Of a stretch of 64,000 nt of DNA, positions 1-9,605 are shown one piece after another. Under the pieces are notes generated by a model that saw only the letters and a list, made by a program, of their open reading frames with translations, did no database searches and was not told the origin of the DNA. The translations under genes and the position numbers were made by a program. Positions within the stretch are counted from its first letter, which is position 1; every line of letters starts with the position of its first letter. The stretch is from a bacterium (lineage in GTDB: Bacteria; RBG-13-61-14; DATKZS01), in contig CAXXFL010000001.1 of the NCBI GenBank assembly GCA_963674965.2, positions 800,001-864,000 on the forward strand. Direction: 5' to 3'.

Positions 1-393
1 CCCAACGTTCCCGCCATGGCCGGACTTGCCCTGGCCCTCGAGTGGCTCCAGGAGAAGGGCCATGATTTCGCGCGCAAGGAAATGGACCTGGCCCGAGGCC
101 TTCGAGAGGGGCTCTCGCAAATAGGCCGCGTCAACCTTATGGACTACGATCCCGCGGCGGAGAGGGTGGGCATCGTTTCCTTTACGGTCGAGGGCTGGGA
201 GGTCGAGGAGGCGGGCTACGTCCTGCAGGAAAGCTTCGGCATAGTCTGTCGTACGGGCCTTCATTGCGCTCCCCACATCCACGCGCCTCTGGGCTCGGCC
301 CCGGATGGGACCATACGTTTGAGTCTCTCCGGGTTTAACGTCGAGCGGGACGTTGAATACGCCGTCCAGTCGATCAAGGGTCTGGCGGCATGA
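1..393 (+). CDS. Aminotransferase class V / cysteine desulfurase-family protein, C-terminal part (5' truncated by window edge)
   Basis: Frame open from base 1 (PNVPAMAGL); RTGLHCAP catalytic-Cys loop and GTIRLSLSGFN C-terminal motif. Confidence 0.88.
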   Translation, partial: PNVPAMAGLALALEWLQEKGHDFARKEMDLARGLREGLSQIGRVNLMDYDPAAERVGIVSFTVEGWEVEEAGYVLQESFGIVCRTGLHCAPHIHAPLGSAPDGTIRLSLSGFNVERDVEYAVQSIKGLAA

Positions 394-677
394 ATATCGC
401 GAGCGTGAAAAAGGTCGAGGACTGCTTCGACGGCGGCTCGGTGTTCAGCTACGAAATGGACGAAGAGGTAACCGAGGCTTCGATAAAGAGGTTGGGCGTT
501 CTTGGCCGCCTGGATTATTTTCCACATTTTCCGAGGCCATTTTACCGTCTGATCACGGATGATGGTCTTCAGATAAAAGGAGTCGAGGGAGAGCGAGACT
601 TTCAAGTGATCTTTCCCAGAAAGGAGAAGGAAAAGATTAAGGAGGAGTTTGAAAGGTTTATCACCACTCACAATTGA
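390..677 (+). CDS. Hypothetical protein (95 aa)
   Basis: ATGA overlap with upstream stop (translational coupling); protein-like sequence (EDCFDG, YFPHFPRPFY). Confidence 0.75.
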   Translation: MNIASVKKVEDCFDGGSVFSYEMDEEVTEASIKRLGVLGRLDYFPHFPRPFYRLITDDGLQIKGVEGERDFQVIFPRKEKEKIKEEFERFITTHN

Positions 678-708
678 CAAGACGACATATTGAAAGGAGG
701 TATCCGAC

Positions 709-897
709 ATGGGAGCCAAACTGGTAAAACTTTACGAGTTCGCCAAGCAAAACGGCGGACTTCAATTGACGATGAGGATCGCCGTCAAGACCGGCGTTCC
801 CTCGAAGAACGCGGCCGGCGTTCCCGACACGCCCGATCTGATCGAGAAGGCGAAAGCGGTAATCAAGGACGCCACGGGCCAGGCGCCGCCCGTATAG
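709..897 (+). CDS. Small hypothetical protein (62 aa)
   Basis: Strong RBS AAGGAGGT upstream; GC3-rich codon usage; lies within the operon. Confidence 0.8.
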   Translation: MGAKLVKLYEFAKQNGGLQLTMRIAVKTGVPSKNAAGVPDTPDLIEKAKAVIKDATGQAPPV

Positions 898-932
898 CGG
901 CCTCATAGGAAAGGAAAACAAGGAGGAACATC

Positions 933-1469
933 ATGACCGTTATTAAAAAGACAGAACTCGAGCTGGACCACCGGTTCGATCCGGCGTCGTGCCGTCATTC
1001 TCTAAACGGCTTCACCTCGGTCCTGCATTGCCACCATTACAGCGCCCTTTACACTCAGTTGGCCGACGACTGCGGCATGCTTGACGGTAGAAAGCTCCTG
1101 TCCGAGTGCGCGGAGGATTCATTTTTCGAGGTCCTTTCCGCGTATTTCAAGGCCAAGGGCATGGAGTGCATCGAGGACAGGATCGCCATAGCCGAGCAGT
1201 ACTATGCCGCCGTGGGTCTTGGCGGGATGAAGGTCGTTTGCGCGGGCCTGGACTCGGGCAAGGTCGAGTTGAGCCACAGTCACGTGGACGAGGGATGGAT
1301 GAAGAAGTGGGGCAAGCGCGACAAGCCGGTCAACTTTATCACTCAAGGATACGTGGCCGCCCTGTTCTCGGCCGTGTTCGGCCGTCCGCCCCGGACCTAT
1401 CGCGTCGATGAGACCGAGGGCATAGTCACGGGCGCGGAGAAATCGACCTTTACCGTGGTCGTCCGCTAA
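933..1469 (+). CDS. V4R (4-vinyl reductase)-like domain protein
   Basis: RBS AGGAGG; GLG turn, PVNFITQGYVAALFSAVFG and ETE-G-x-F C-terminal V4R pattern; LHCHHY motif. Confidence 0.7.
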   Translation: MTVIKKTELELDHRFDPASCRHSLNGFTSVLHCHHYSALYTQLADDCGMLDGRKLLSECAEDSFFEVLSAYFKAKGMECIEDRIAIAEQYYAAVGLGGMKVVCAGLDSGKVELSHSHVDEGWMKKWGKRDKPVNFITQGYVAALFSAVFGRPPRTYRVDETEGIVTGAEKSTFTVVVR

Positions 1470-1488
1470 GGAAAAAAGGAGAATTAAA

Positions 1489-2100
1489 ATGGCGATCGAT
1501 AGAAAACGCATCATCGAGGCCATGTCTCAGATCGAGATCGTGGGAAATGAGGATGGACTTATCCCGGCCTTTGGGGTTTTCGTGCAGCAGCTTCCGGCTT
1601 CCTTTTGGAACGGCTTCGCGGAAAGGCTGACCTCGCGGGTCGACGCCGACACCCTCGAGGCCGCCGAGTGGCTCCTGGTTAACGCCGCTCACGAGTGCGG
1701 CTACCATACGGGATACGGTATCATCACCTCCGAGGAATGGAAGGCCGTGGTCGAGCCGATGATCGAGAACGCGCCCGAGGACGTGCTCCACGGCGCCTTC
1801 GCCATCTTCACCGCCTGGGGATGGGCCAAGGCCGAGATAGTCGAGCTGGTCCCGGGCGAGAAAATGGTGGTCAGGGCCTACGATTATTACGAGTCGGACG
1901 TGGTCAAGTACGGAAGGTCGAACAAGCACAGCGCCTACATGATCAGGGGCGTGTCGGCCGCCTTCATGGACCTGGCCTACGGCGGGGAATACGATTCCAC
2001 CGGCGAGACCGGTCTTCGGACCTTCAAGTGCGACCAGGTCAAGGGGATCGAGTGCGGCGACGACTATGGAGAGTTCGTGGTGGTCAAAGCCGAGGAATAA
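1489..2100 (+). CDS. V4R-like domain protein
   Basis: RBS AAGGAG; AWGWAKAEIVEL, YMIRGVSAAF and KCDQVKGIECGDDYGEFVV pattern. Confidence 0.75.
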   Translation: MAIDRKRIIEAMSQIEIVGNEDGLIPAFGVFVQQLPASFWNGFAERLTSRVDADTLEAAEWLLVNAAHECGYHTGYGIITSEEWKAVVEPMIENAPEDVLHGAFAIFTAWGWAKAEIVELVPGEKMVVRAYDYYESDVVKYGRSNKHSAYMIRGVSAAFMDLAYGGEYDSTGETGLRTFKCDQVKGIECGDDYGEFVVVKAEE

Positions 2101-2182
2101 AAAACCCCCGACGAAAATCCCGGCGTGGACCGCCGCCAGAGTTACGGCGTCCCGCCGGGAGACTTGCCTTCAGGCGTTAATT

Positions 2183-2959
2183 CTATCCGGGTTCCTTCTC
2201 GGCCGTGACCGGGTTTTTAAGCTCGCCCACGCCCTCGACGGACACGACGATCTCGTCGCCCGGCTCCATGGGCCCGATGCCGGGAGGTGTGCCGGTGGCG
2301 ATAACGTCTCCGGGAAAAAGAGTCATCACCCGGGAGATATGCTCGATAATTTTAGGGACGTCGAATATAAGCTCCCTGGTGGTCGAGTCCTGGACCGTCT
2401 TTCCGTTAAGCACGGCCATTACCCGCAAGTTGGCCGGGTCGAGCTCGGTCTCGATCCAGGGGCCGATGGGGCAGAACCCGTCGAATCCCTTGGCCCGGGA
2501 CCACTGCCCGTCCTTAACCTGCAGGTCCCTGGCCGTTACGTCGTTCACGCAAGTGAAGCCGAGAATATAATCATTCGCTTCTCCGGCTTTCACGTGTCTG
2601 GCCTTTCGCCCGATGACTATTCCCAGTTCCGCCTCGTAGTCGACCCGCCTGGTCAATCCCCCGTAAGGATAGGGGATGGGATCGCCCGGGCCTATGACCG
2701 TCGCGCTGGGCTTTAAAAAGATGATGGGCTCCTCGGGAACGGGCACGCCCATCTCCCTGGCGTGGTCCCGGTAATTAAGCCCCAGGGCCACCACCTTGGA
2801 GGGACAAACCGGGGCCAAAAGATCGACCTCGACCGCGCTCGCCGCCGATCCGGTCCTTGCCAGGCCGCCGAAAAGGTCGCCCTCGATAAACTCCACCTCC
2901 GAGGCGGAGAGTATTCCGTATTTAATCGAGCCGCCGAGGCGGCATCTTATCAGTTTCAT
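2183..2959 (-). CDS. Fumarylacetoacetate hydrolase family protein
   Basis: GLNYRDH, FLKP, DYEAEL, NDVTARDLQ, AKGFDGFCPIGP, TGTPPG motifs. Confidence 0.95.
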   Translation of the reverse strand: MKLIRCRLGGSIKYGILSASEVEFIEGDLFGGLARTGSAASAVEVDLLAPVCPSKVVALGLNYRDHAREMGVPVPEEPIIFLKPSATVIGPGDPIPYPYGGLTRRVDYEAELGIVIGRKARHVKAGEANDYILGFTCVNDVTARDLQVKDGQWSRAKGFDGFCPIGPWIETELDPANLRVMAVLNGKTVQDSTTRELIFDVPKIIEHISRVMTLFPGDVIATGTPPGIGPMEPGDEIVVSVEGVGELKNPVTAEKEPG

Positions 2960-2980
2960 GCCATCTCCTTTCCGGCGCGG

Positions 2981-3514
2981 CTACTTGCCGTTGAATTTCA
3001 GACCGGGCACCGCCGCGTCCTCGCCCCATTCCTCGAGGCTCCAATAAGCGGTGTGCGCGAAATAAAGAAACATGAGGACGTTGGAGGCGTCCCATAAAAA
3101 GACCCCCATGAATACGGGGAACCCATAGGCGAAGAGATAGGCCGTGAGAAAACCTATCGAGGCGTAGGCCTTCATCAGGCAAAGGGGGACCAGGACAATG
3201 TAAAAGCGCCTGACGTTGGACTGGATCATGAAGCACATGAAGGCCAGGGTGAAAACGTTTCCCGCCCCCAGAATCCGCCATATAAATCCGTCCTCCGCGA
3301 AGGGGTAGGAATCGGCCCCCAGAAGCCTTCCCATCAAGGTGAACTGGGAAATTGCTGACTGAGGACTGAAGGCGTAGGTAAAGGAGGGCAAAAGGAAATG
3401 CACCCCCAGCAGGAAGAAGGCCATCTGGAAATTCCGGTAAGCCTTGTTCGGCTGGTTCCAAAACCTCCTCCACCAGTCCTTTACGTCGTCCTTGATATGG
3501 CCGTATACGTCCAT
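2981..3514 (-). CDS. Hypothetical integral membrane protein (~4 TM)
   Basis: RBS GGAGG; several hydrophobic segments; co-oriented between the ThDP enzyme and FAH genes. Confidence 0.75.
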   Translation of the reverse strand: MDVYGHIKDDVKDWWRRFWNQPNKAYRNFQMAFFLLGVHFLLPSFTYAFSPQSAISQFTLMGRLLGADSYPFAEDGFIWRILGAGNVFTLAFMCFMIQSNVRRFYIVLVPLCLMKAYASIGFLTAYLFAYGFPVFMGVFLWDASNVLMFLYFAHTAYWSLEEWGEDAAVPGLKFNGK

Positions 3515-3562
3515 GTTTTCCTCCGCCGCGGCGACCGCGCTCGTTATCGCCGCGAAATATGG

Positions 3563-5365
3563 TTAGAGCTTTTCCCCGCTTTTCTCTTTCTCGTATCTTG
3601 CCCGCCGGGCCTTTAAATAAGCCGGGATGGGAACGTCCCACCAACCCACGGCCGGGCTGCCCGAATGGGGATATTGCCGATTTACGATGACCTCGACCAG
3701 CGCCGGTCCGCCGGCCCTGATGGCCCGCTTGATGGCCGGGCCTACCTCCCCCGGCTTTTGCACCCGCCTCGAGTTCCATCCAAAGGCCTTGGCCGCGGCG
3801 GCGAAATCGGGGGAATAGAGCTTACCCGACGGGTCCGTGAAGTCCGTGCCTATGGCCCTTCCCTCGCCAAAGGCCGCCATTTGCAGGTCCTTGATGGCTA
3901 TCCACCCCTGGTTGTTGTAAACCACGGCCACCACGTCCGCGCCGATCTGTTTGGCCGTTGCCATTTCCTGCATGGTCATCATGAAGTCGCCGTCCCCCAC
4001 CAGAGCGGCCACCACCCGGCCGGGCCGGGCCAGCTTCACCCCGATGGCCGCGGGCAAGGCGAAGCCCATGGTCGAGAAACCGGCCGCGCTTATGCAGGTC
4101 CCGGGCTCGTCGAAGGGAAACTCCTGAAGCACCTGGGCCTGGACGTTGCCCGAGCTGGTCACCACGAAGGCGTCCATGGGCAGGGCCTCCCGCGTCTCCC
4201 TCAAGGCGCGCGAGATGGTGACGGGCGACTTCCTCGAGGACTGGAGCCTGGCAACGTGCTTTGACCACTTGTCCTTATGCTTTTTCAGCTCCTTGACGTA
4301 ATCGAGTTTCCGGTAATCTCGATCCGACAAGGACTCCGTGAGGCTTTCCAAAAGGGACGCAAGGGTGGACTTGGCGTCTCCCACGATCCCCACCTGGACG
4401 GGATAGTTCTTTCCTATCTCCTGCGGGTCTATGTCCACGTGGATGAGCTTGGTGGGGGGAATGGAAAAGGTGGCGCCGTCCTTGTAGCTGGAGGAAGTCT
4501 CGTCGGCGAAGCGGCATCCCACGGCCAGGATCACGTCGGCGGTCCGGGCCATGGCGTTGCCCACGGTCGTTCCCTTTGACCCGCCCAGCCAGGCGGAAAG
4601 AGGATGGGTCTCGGGGAACGATCCCTTTCCCATCAGGGTCGTGATAACCGCCGCGCCCAGGACCTCGGCCAGGGCCTTCAATTCGGGCTCGGCGCCCGCG
4701 GACCTTATTCCGCCGCCCACCAGGATGAGCGGCCTTTTCGCCTTGGCCAAAAGCGCGGCGGCGGCCTCGATCTGGTCCGGGTCTCCCATCACCCTGCCGC
4801 CGGGAAGGCGGGTAGCCGGGTCGGGAATCTCGACGTCGGCGGCCCCGGCCTGGACGTCCATGGGCAGGTCGATAAGGACCGGTCCCCTCCTGCCCGTCAT
4901 CATGAGGTTAAAGGCCCGGTGCATGATGGTGGGTAGCTGGGCGGTCGAGTCGGCCACCCAATAGCGCTTGACCAGGGGCTCGAGCACTCGAGAGAACTCG
5001 TGGTCGTGCCGCCGCTCGATCTCCTGCAACAGGCCTTTTCCCCGCATGTGGACGTGGGCGCCTCCGGTTACGATAAGCACCGGGATGGAATCGACGTAGG
5101 CGTTGCCGGCCCCGATGGCGGTGTTGATGGCGCCCGGTCCGATCGAGGTGAACACGGCCAGGGGCTTGCCGCTTGCCCGGAAGTAGCCGTCCGCCATGTG
5201 GACCCCGGCCATTTCCTGCATGCAGGGAAGCACGCGGATTTTCTTTCGCCCTATAAAGGCGTCGCACAGGCTGAGGTTGCCGTGTCCGGGTATGGCTATG
5301 ACGTAAGGGACACCCTGCTTTACCAGGTATTCGGCCACTATTTGTCCGCCGGTTAGTTTCATCAT
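3563..5365 (-). CDS. Thiamine-diphosphate-dependent enzyme (acetolactate synthase/IolD-like superfamily)
   Basis: IPGHGN, QEMAGVHMADGY, SIGPGAIN, GDGDF...YNN and C-terminal WWDVP; start placed after a GGGGGA RBS. Confidence 0.92.
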   Translation of the reverse strand: MMKLTGGQIVAEYLVKQGVPYVIAIPGHGNLSLCDAFIGRKKIRVLPCMQEMAGVHMADGYFRASGKPLAVFTSIGPGAINTAIGAGNAYVDSIPVLIVTGGAHVHMRGKGLLQEIERRHDHEFSRVLEPLVKRYWVADSTAQLPTIMHRAFNLMMTGRRGPVLIDLPMDVQAGAADVEIPDPATRLPGGRVMGDPDQIEAAAALLAKAKRPLILVGGGIRSAGAEPELKALAEVLGAAVITTLMGKGSFPETHPLSAWLGGSKGTTVGNAMARTADVILAVGCRFADETSSSYKDGATFSIPPTKLIHVDIDPQEIGKNYPVQVGIVGDAKSTLASLLESLTESLSDRDYRKLDYVKELKKHKDKWSKHVARLQSSRKSPVTISRALRETREALPMDAFVVTSSGNVQAQVLQEFPFDEPGTCISAAGFSTMGFALPAAIGVKLARPGRVVAALVGDGDFMMTMQEMATAKQIGADVVAVVYNNQGWIAIKDLQMAAFGEGRAIGTDFTDPSGKLYSPDFAAAAKAFGWNSRRVQKPGEVGPAIKRAIRAGGPALVEVIVNRQYPHSGSPAVGWWDVPIPAYLKARRARYEKEKSGEKL

Positions 5366-5529
5366 ATCCCCCATCATTCGAGTCTCGCGGCGCAAGTCGC
5401 GGGTCTCCTCCCGCCTTGCGTCGCCCGGTCATTTTATAGTATGGATTAGGAGCGGGCAAGGCGGCGAGGACGTCTTTGCCGTTTTCGGCCGGCTTCTAGT
5501 TCGGCGCCGTCGCAAGTAGTGGAAGCAAA

Positions 5530-6402
5530 ATGAGAAGACCTGGAACAAAACGCCATATCAAGCCGATTTTAGTTTATATCGCGGCGCTTTCTTTATTTTT
5601 TCCCGCTTTCGCCTCGTCGCGTTGGGTGGAGATGGTGGGTCACGGATGCCGCGTCATGGTAAGCGACAACTGGAGCGTCGACCGCCACGAGGCGGATAAG
5701 GACATTATCTATGAATTCGCCTCGCCGGATGGCCGGTCCATAGCGCGGCTCCGGTCCTTTCCCGTGAGCGAATCGGTTGACCTCGCGACCCTGGTGGCGA
5801 CTTTCGAGTACCATTTCTTACGGTCATGCCAAAGAAAGTCGCTCGCCGACCACGAGATTAACGGTACGAAAGGAAAGCTGGCCAAGTACGAGGGAGATTA
5901 CAACGGCGAGCAAATAGCCGCACGGGTGTTTTACGTCCTCCGGGGAGGGAGAGCGTATATTTTGTGGAGCAAGGTACCTCTCGAACTGGGCGACTATGAC
6001 CAACTCGAGGCCAATAAAATTATTGAAAGCTTCACGCTCGAGCAAAAAACCATCTCTTCCTCGGGCGTAGTCGTCACCAGCCTGCTGACCGGGGAAGGCG
6101 CCGTGGGCGAGGCCGGGGTGCGCGACGTTAAGTATTCCTTCTCTCACGAGGTCTCATCTATCCTGGCGTCATTTTCCTGGACGGGCGACGCCTCGGGAGG
6201 TGGTTTTACGGTCAAATGGTCAGGGCCCGCGGGGGGCAAAGTGGAAAAGCAAGAGAAGCTGAAGGTAGCTCGGGGACCGGAGGGGGGAAGAATAAGGGTG
6301 GAGTTTCCCGCTCCGAGCGAGGGTTTCAAGCCCGGCAATTATAAGGTCGAGGTCTGGCAAAAGGACATGAGGCTTAAGGCGGTCAATTTTTCTATCGAGT
6401 GA
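5530..6402 (+). CDS. Exported hypothetical protein (PsbP-like N-terminal domain plus beta-sandwich C-terminal domain, tentative)
   Basis: Signal-peptide-like N-terminus (AFA); PGNYKVEV C-terminal motif. Confidence 0.65.
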   Translation: MRRPGTKRHIKPILVYIAALSLFFPAFASSRWVEMVGHGCRVMVSDNWSVDRHEADKDIIYEFASPDGRSIARLRSFPVSESVDLATLVATFEYHFLRSCQRKSLADHEINGTKGKLAKYEGDYNGEQIAARVFYVLRGGRAYILWSKVPLELGDYDQLEANKIIESFTLEQKTISSSGVVVTSLLTGEGAVGEAGVRDVKYSFSHEVSSILASFSWTGDASGGGFTVKWSGPAGGKVEKQEKLKVARGPEGGRIRVEFPAPSEGFKPGNYKVEVWQKDMRLKAVNFSIE

Positions 6403-9400
6403 CTCCTTCATCAGCCACCACCCCCTCGATGGCCTCGGCCAGCTCGGAGGTCAAGAAGGGTTTTACGATGGCGGCCTTGAAGCCATAGTCCTTATGGTTG
6501 GCGATAACCGGGTCGTTCGAGTACCCGCTGGCCACCATGACCCTGGCCTTCGGGTCTATGGACAGTACCGCCTTGACGGCCTCCTTGCCTCCCATGCCTC
6601 CCGGTATGGTCAGGTCCATAATCACAACCTTATAAGGATCGCCTTTTGAAAACGCGCTTTGATATTTCCGCGCGGCCTCTTCGCCGTCCGCGGCCGTATC
6701 CACCTCCATGCCCAGGGACCTCAGCATTTCCGCCGCGGTTATCCTGACCATTTCCTCGTCATCCATGATCAGCGCCTTGCCGCCGATCCTGGACGCTGGC
6801 TTCCCGGCCTTGTCAGTTCGGGTCGGACCGGCCTCCGAGGCCTGAAGGAAAACGCAAAAGGTCGAGCCTTCCCCTAACTTGGAAGTCACGGTAATGGCTC
6901 CGCCGTGTTTCTTGACGATCGAGTAAGTCACCGCCAGTCCCAAACCGCTTCCTTTTTGCTTGGTTGTGAAATAGGGATCGAAAACGCGGGGAAGGCATTT
7001 CTGGCTTATACCTATTCCCTCGTCCTCGAAGCCTAGTTTCAGGTAGCGTCCTTCTGGCAGGGCCTCGGGCGAGCCCGGCCCGACGCTCAGGTTCTCCGCG
7101 GTTATTTTCAGGGTACCGCCCGCGGGCATGGCCTGGTCCGCGTTGATGACCAGGTTTTGTACCACCTGGCTTATCTGGCCCTCGTCCACCTCCGCCGGCC
7201 ACAGGCCGTCGCTGAAATCGAAAAGGGGCTTCACGTTGGACCCGCGCAGGGCGAACTCCGTCGAGTTCCTTATGATTTCCCCGATGGACACGGATTTCTT
7301 TACCGGCGCTCCCCCGCGGGAGAAGGTCAGAAGCTGTTGGGTCAGGTCCCTGGACCGGGCGCAGGCGCTTTCGGCCATTTCCAGAAATTTTTCCCTCTTG
7401 TCCTTTTCCTCCTCCATCCTGGCCAGGGTCACGTTTCCCAGGATTACGGTGATCAGATTGTTGAAATCATGGGCGATCCCCCCAGCCAGCACGCCCACCG
7501 ACTCGAGCTTGTGGGCCTTTCTCAGTTCCTCTTCAATCATGCGGGCGTGGGTCACGTCCTTGACGAAGGACCCTATCTTCTCGACGCCGCCCTCCTCGTC
7601 CTGGATAAGCCATCCTAATACGTGAACGGGGAAAACCGTCCCGTCCTTTTTAATGTACTCCTTCTCGATTCCTATGCCGCCTCGTCCGTCCAATATCCTC
7701 TTGACCGCTCTTTCGTCATCCTCGCTCCACTTATCAGGAGTAATGTCGCGATACGTCTTTTCCCTTATTTCCTCGGCCGTGTACCCGAGCATTTCCCGGA
7801 AGGCTTTGTTGGCCTCGAGCAGGCGTCCGTCCGGCGCGCAAATAACTATTCCATCCGGCGAGGTCTCGAAGATGCTCTGATAGTTCCTTTCCGACACCCG
7901 CGCCATTTCCAGTGCCCGTTTTCTGTCGGTAACGTCGATGGCTAGACCGAGGGCCCCGATCACTTCTCCCCGCTCGTCGCAAAGGGGGGCAACGTGGCCG
8001 TCAAACCAGTTTCCGTCCCTTTCATGCTCGAAGCTGACGCTCTTCTTTTGAAAGGCCTCATACTGGACGGCGATGGGATAAAATTTTTCGTCGCTTGTAT
8101 TGAAGTACTCGAACAGCGTCGTTCCCAGTACTCGGCTCGGGTCCACTCCCAATTTGTCAAGGGACGAGCCCATCAGGCAGGTGAACCGGCAATCGAGGTC
8201 CACGGTCCAGAAAAGTCCCGGTATCTGGCCGATGGCAAAGTCGAACCTTTGCTCGCTTTTTCGAAGTTCCTCCTCGGCCAGCTTGGTTTCCGTTATGTCC
8301 GTGGCGATGGCCCAGCTCTCGATGACTTCCCCCTTCTCGTTGAAAACGGGACGCACGTAAAGTCTCGTCCAGAGGGAAGAGCCGTCGGACTTTATCATCT
8401 CGAGCTCCTCTCCATGCACTTCCCGCCCGGAGACGAAAGTCTCGATGACCCTTTGCACCTTGGGCTTGCCGTCTGGCGTGTCCGGATAAAGGTCGATGGC
8501 ATTGGAGCCGATGAGTTCCTCGAGCGTCATGTTGAGCTGATCCGCGGCCTTGCGGTTGGCGTTCCTGACGATGCCCCCCGCGTCCACCGTCACGTAGGCG
8601 TTGGGCGCCTCCTCATAAAGCTCCCGGTATTTCCGCTCGCTCTCCTTTAACGCTTCCTCCGCCTTTTTCTGCTCGCTTATATCGATGACCGAGATTAGGT
8701 CGGCGAACCGGCCCATAAGCGTAACCGGCTTGGAAAAGGAATCCAGCCATTTGATCCTCCCAGACCTGGACACGATCTTATATGAGTAATGTGGAACGGC
8801 GTCCTTGTCTCCCGCCTGTTTCTTTCTGGCCTGATCGAGCACGAACTCCTTGTGGTCCGGATGAACGACCTTGATGAATTCCTCGGCCCTCCAGGCCTGC
8901 ATTTCCTCGACGGTATACTCGGTGATCTCGGCCAATGACTGGTTGGCGTATTTGACCAGGCCGTCCTGCAGGATGATAAGGCCCATCATGGACCGTTCCG
9001 AAAGGGCCTTGAAGTTTTCCACCATTTCCTCCAAGGCTCGCTTCTGGAAGATATTATCCGTGACCTCGCGGTTGAAGATGAGAACGGACTCGACCAAGCC
9101 ATCGGCCCCGAACTCCGGGACCATCCTGGCCTCGTAATATCTCGTCTCTCCGGCCCCGTATTCCTCGGTCTCGGAGGCGGAGGGGGCCTGGAAATCGAGC
9201 ACCGGACTGGGCTTGCCCGTCCGGAAAACCTCGTCTATCCATCTGCCTTGAAGCTCGGCCACGGCCGCGGGCATTCCCGCTTCTTCGAGGGTCTTGCCCA
9301 GATAGTACTCCGGGGGGAAACCTCCCCTGGTCCGAACGCTGGGGCTGATATAAATATGGCGTTTTTCTTTATCGAAGCGGGCGATTATATCCTGGGTATT

Positions 9401-9523
9401 CTCGACGATGGAAAAAAGATTTGAGGCGGACCCGCCAAGGACCCGCTCCAACTCCTTTTCCAACTGGGCCACTCTTCTTTGAAGCTCGAGGATTTTATCC
9501 GCGCCCGATCTTTGGTCTTCCAT
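6392..9523 (-). CDS. Cytoplasmic multi-PAS hybrid sensor histidine kinase/response regulator
   Basis: About 5 PAS/PAC repeats; H-box GIAHDFNN; NLVINA, DEGIG, FTTK, GSGLGL boxes; REC domain (MDDE...MDLTIP...KPF). Confidence 0.96.
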   Translation of the reverse strand: MEDQRSGADKILELQRRVAQLEKELERVLGGSASNLFSIVENTQDIIARFDKEKRHIYISPSVRTRGGFPPEYYLGKTLEEAGMPAAVAELQGRWIDEVFRTGKPSPVLDFQAPSASETEEYGAGETRYYEARMVPEFGADGLVESVLIFNREVTDNIFQKRALEEMVENFKALSERSMMGLIILQDGLVKYANQSLAEITEYTVEEMQAWRAEEFIKVVHPDHKEFVLDQARKKQAGDKDAVPHYSYKIVSRSGRIKWLDSFSKPVTLMGRFADLISVIDISEQKKAEEALKESERKYRELYEEAPNAYVTVDAGGIVRNANRKAADQLNMTLEELIGSNAIDLYPDTPDGKPKVQRVIETFVSGREVHGEELEMIKSDGSSLWTRLYVRPVFNEKGEVIESWAIATDITETKLAEEELRKSEQRFDFAIGQIPGLFWTVDLDCRFTCLMGSSLDKLGVDPSRVLGTTLFEYFNTSDEKFYPIAVQYEAFQKKSVSFEHERDGNWFDGHVAPLCDERGEVIGALGLAIDVTDRKRALEMARVSERNYQSIFETSPDGIVICAPDGRLLEANKAFREMLGYTAEEIREKTYRDITPDKWSEDDERAVKRILDGRGGIGIEKEYIKKDGTVFPVHVLGWLIQDEEGGVEKIGSFVKDVTHARMIEEELRKAHKLESVGVLAGGIAHDFNNLITVILGNVTLARMEEEKDKREKFLEMAESACARSRDLTQQLLTFSRGGAPVKKSVSIGEIIRNSTEFALRGSNVKPLFDFSDGLWPAEVDEGQISQVVQNLVINADQAMPAGGTLKITAENLSVGPGSPEALPEGRYLKLGFEDEGIGISQKCLPRVFDPYFTTKQKGSGLGLAVTYSIVKKHGGAITVTSKLGEGSTFCVFLQASEAGPTRTDKAGKPASRIGGKALIMDDEEMVRITAAEMLRSLGMEVDTAADGEEAARKYQSAFSKGDPYKVVIMDLTIPGGMGGKEAVKAVLSIDPKARVMVASGYSNDPVIANHKDYGFKAAIVKPFLTSELAEAIEGVVADEGVTR

Positions 9524-9605
9524 ATTTAGCCCCCGCTCAGGTTGCGATTACTTTAACAGTAAATAAAAATTGGTATATAGCAAGATCGTGAAATTTATTG
9601 AAAAG

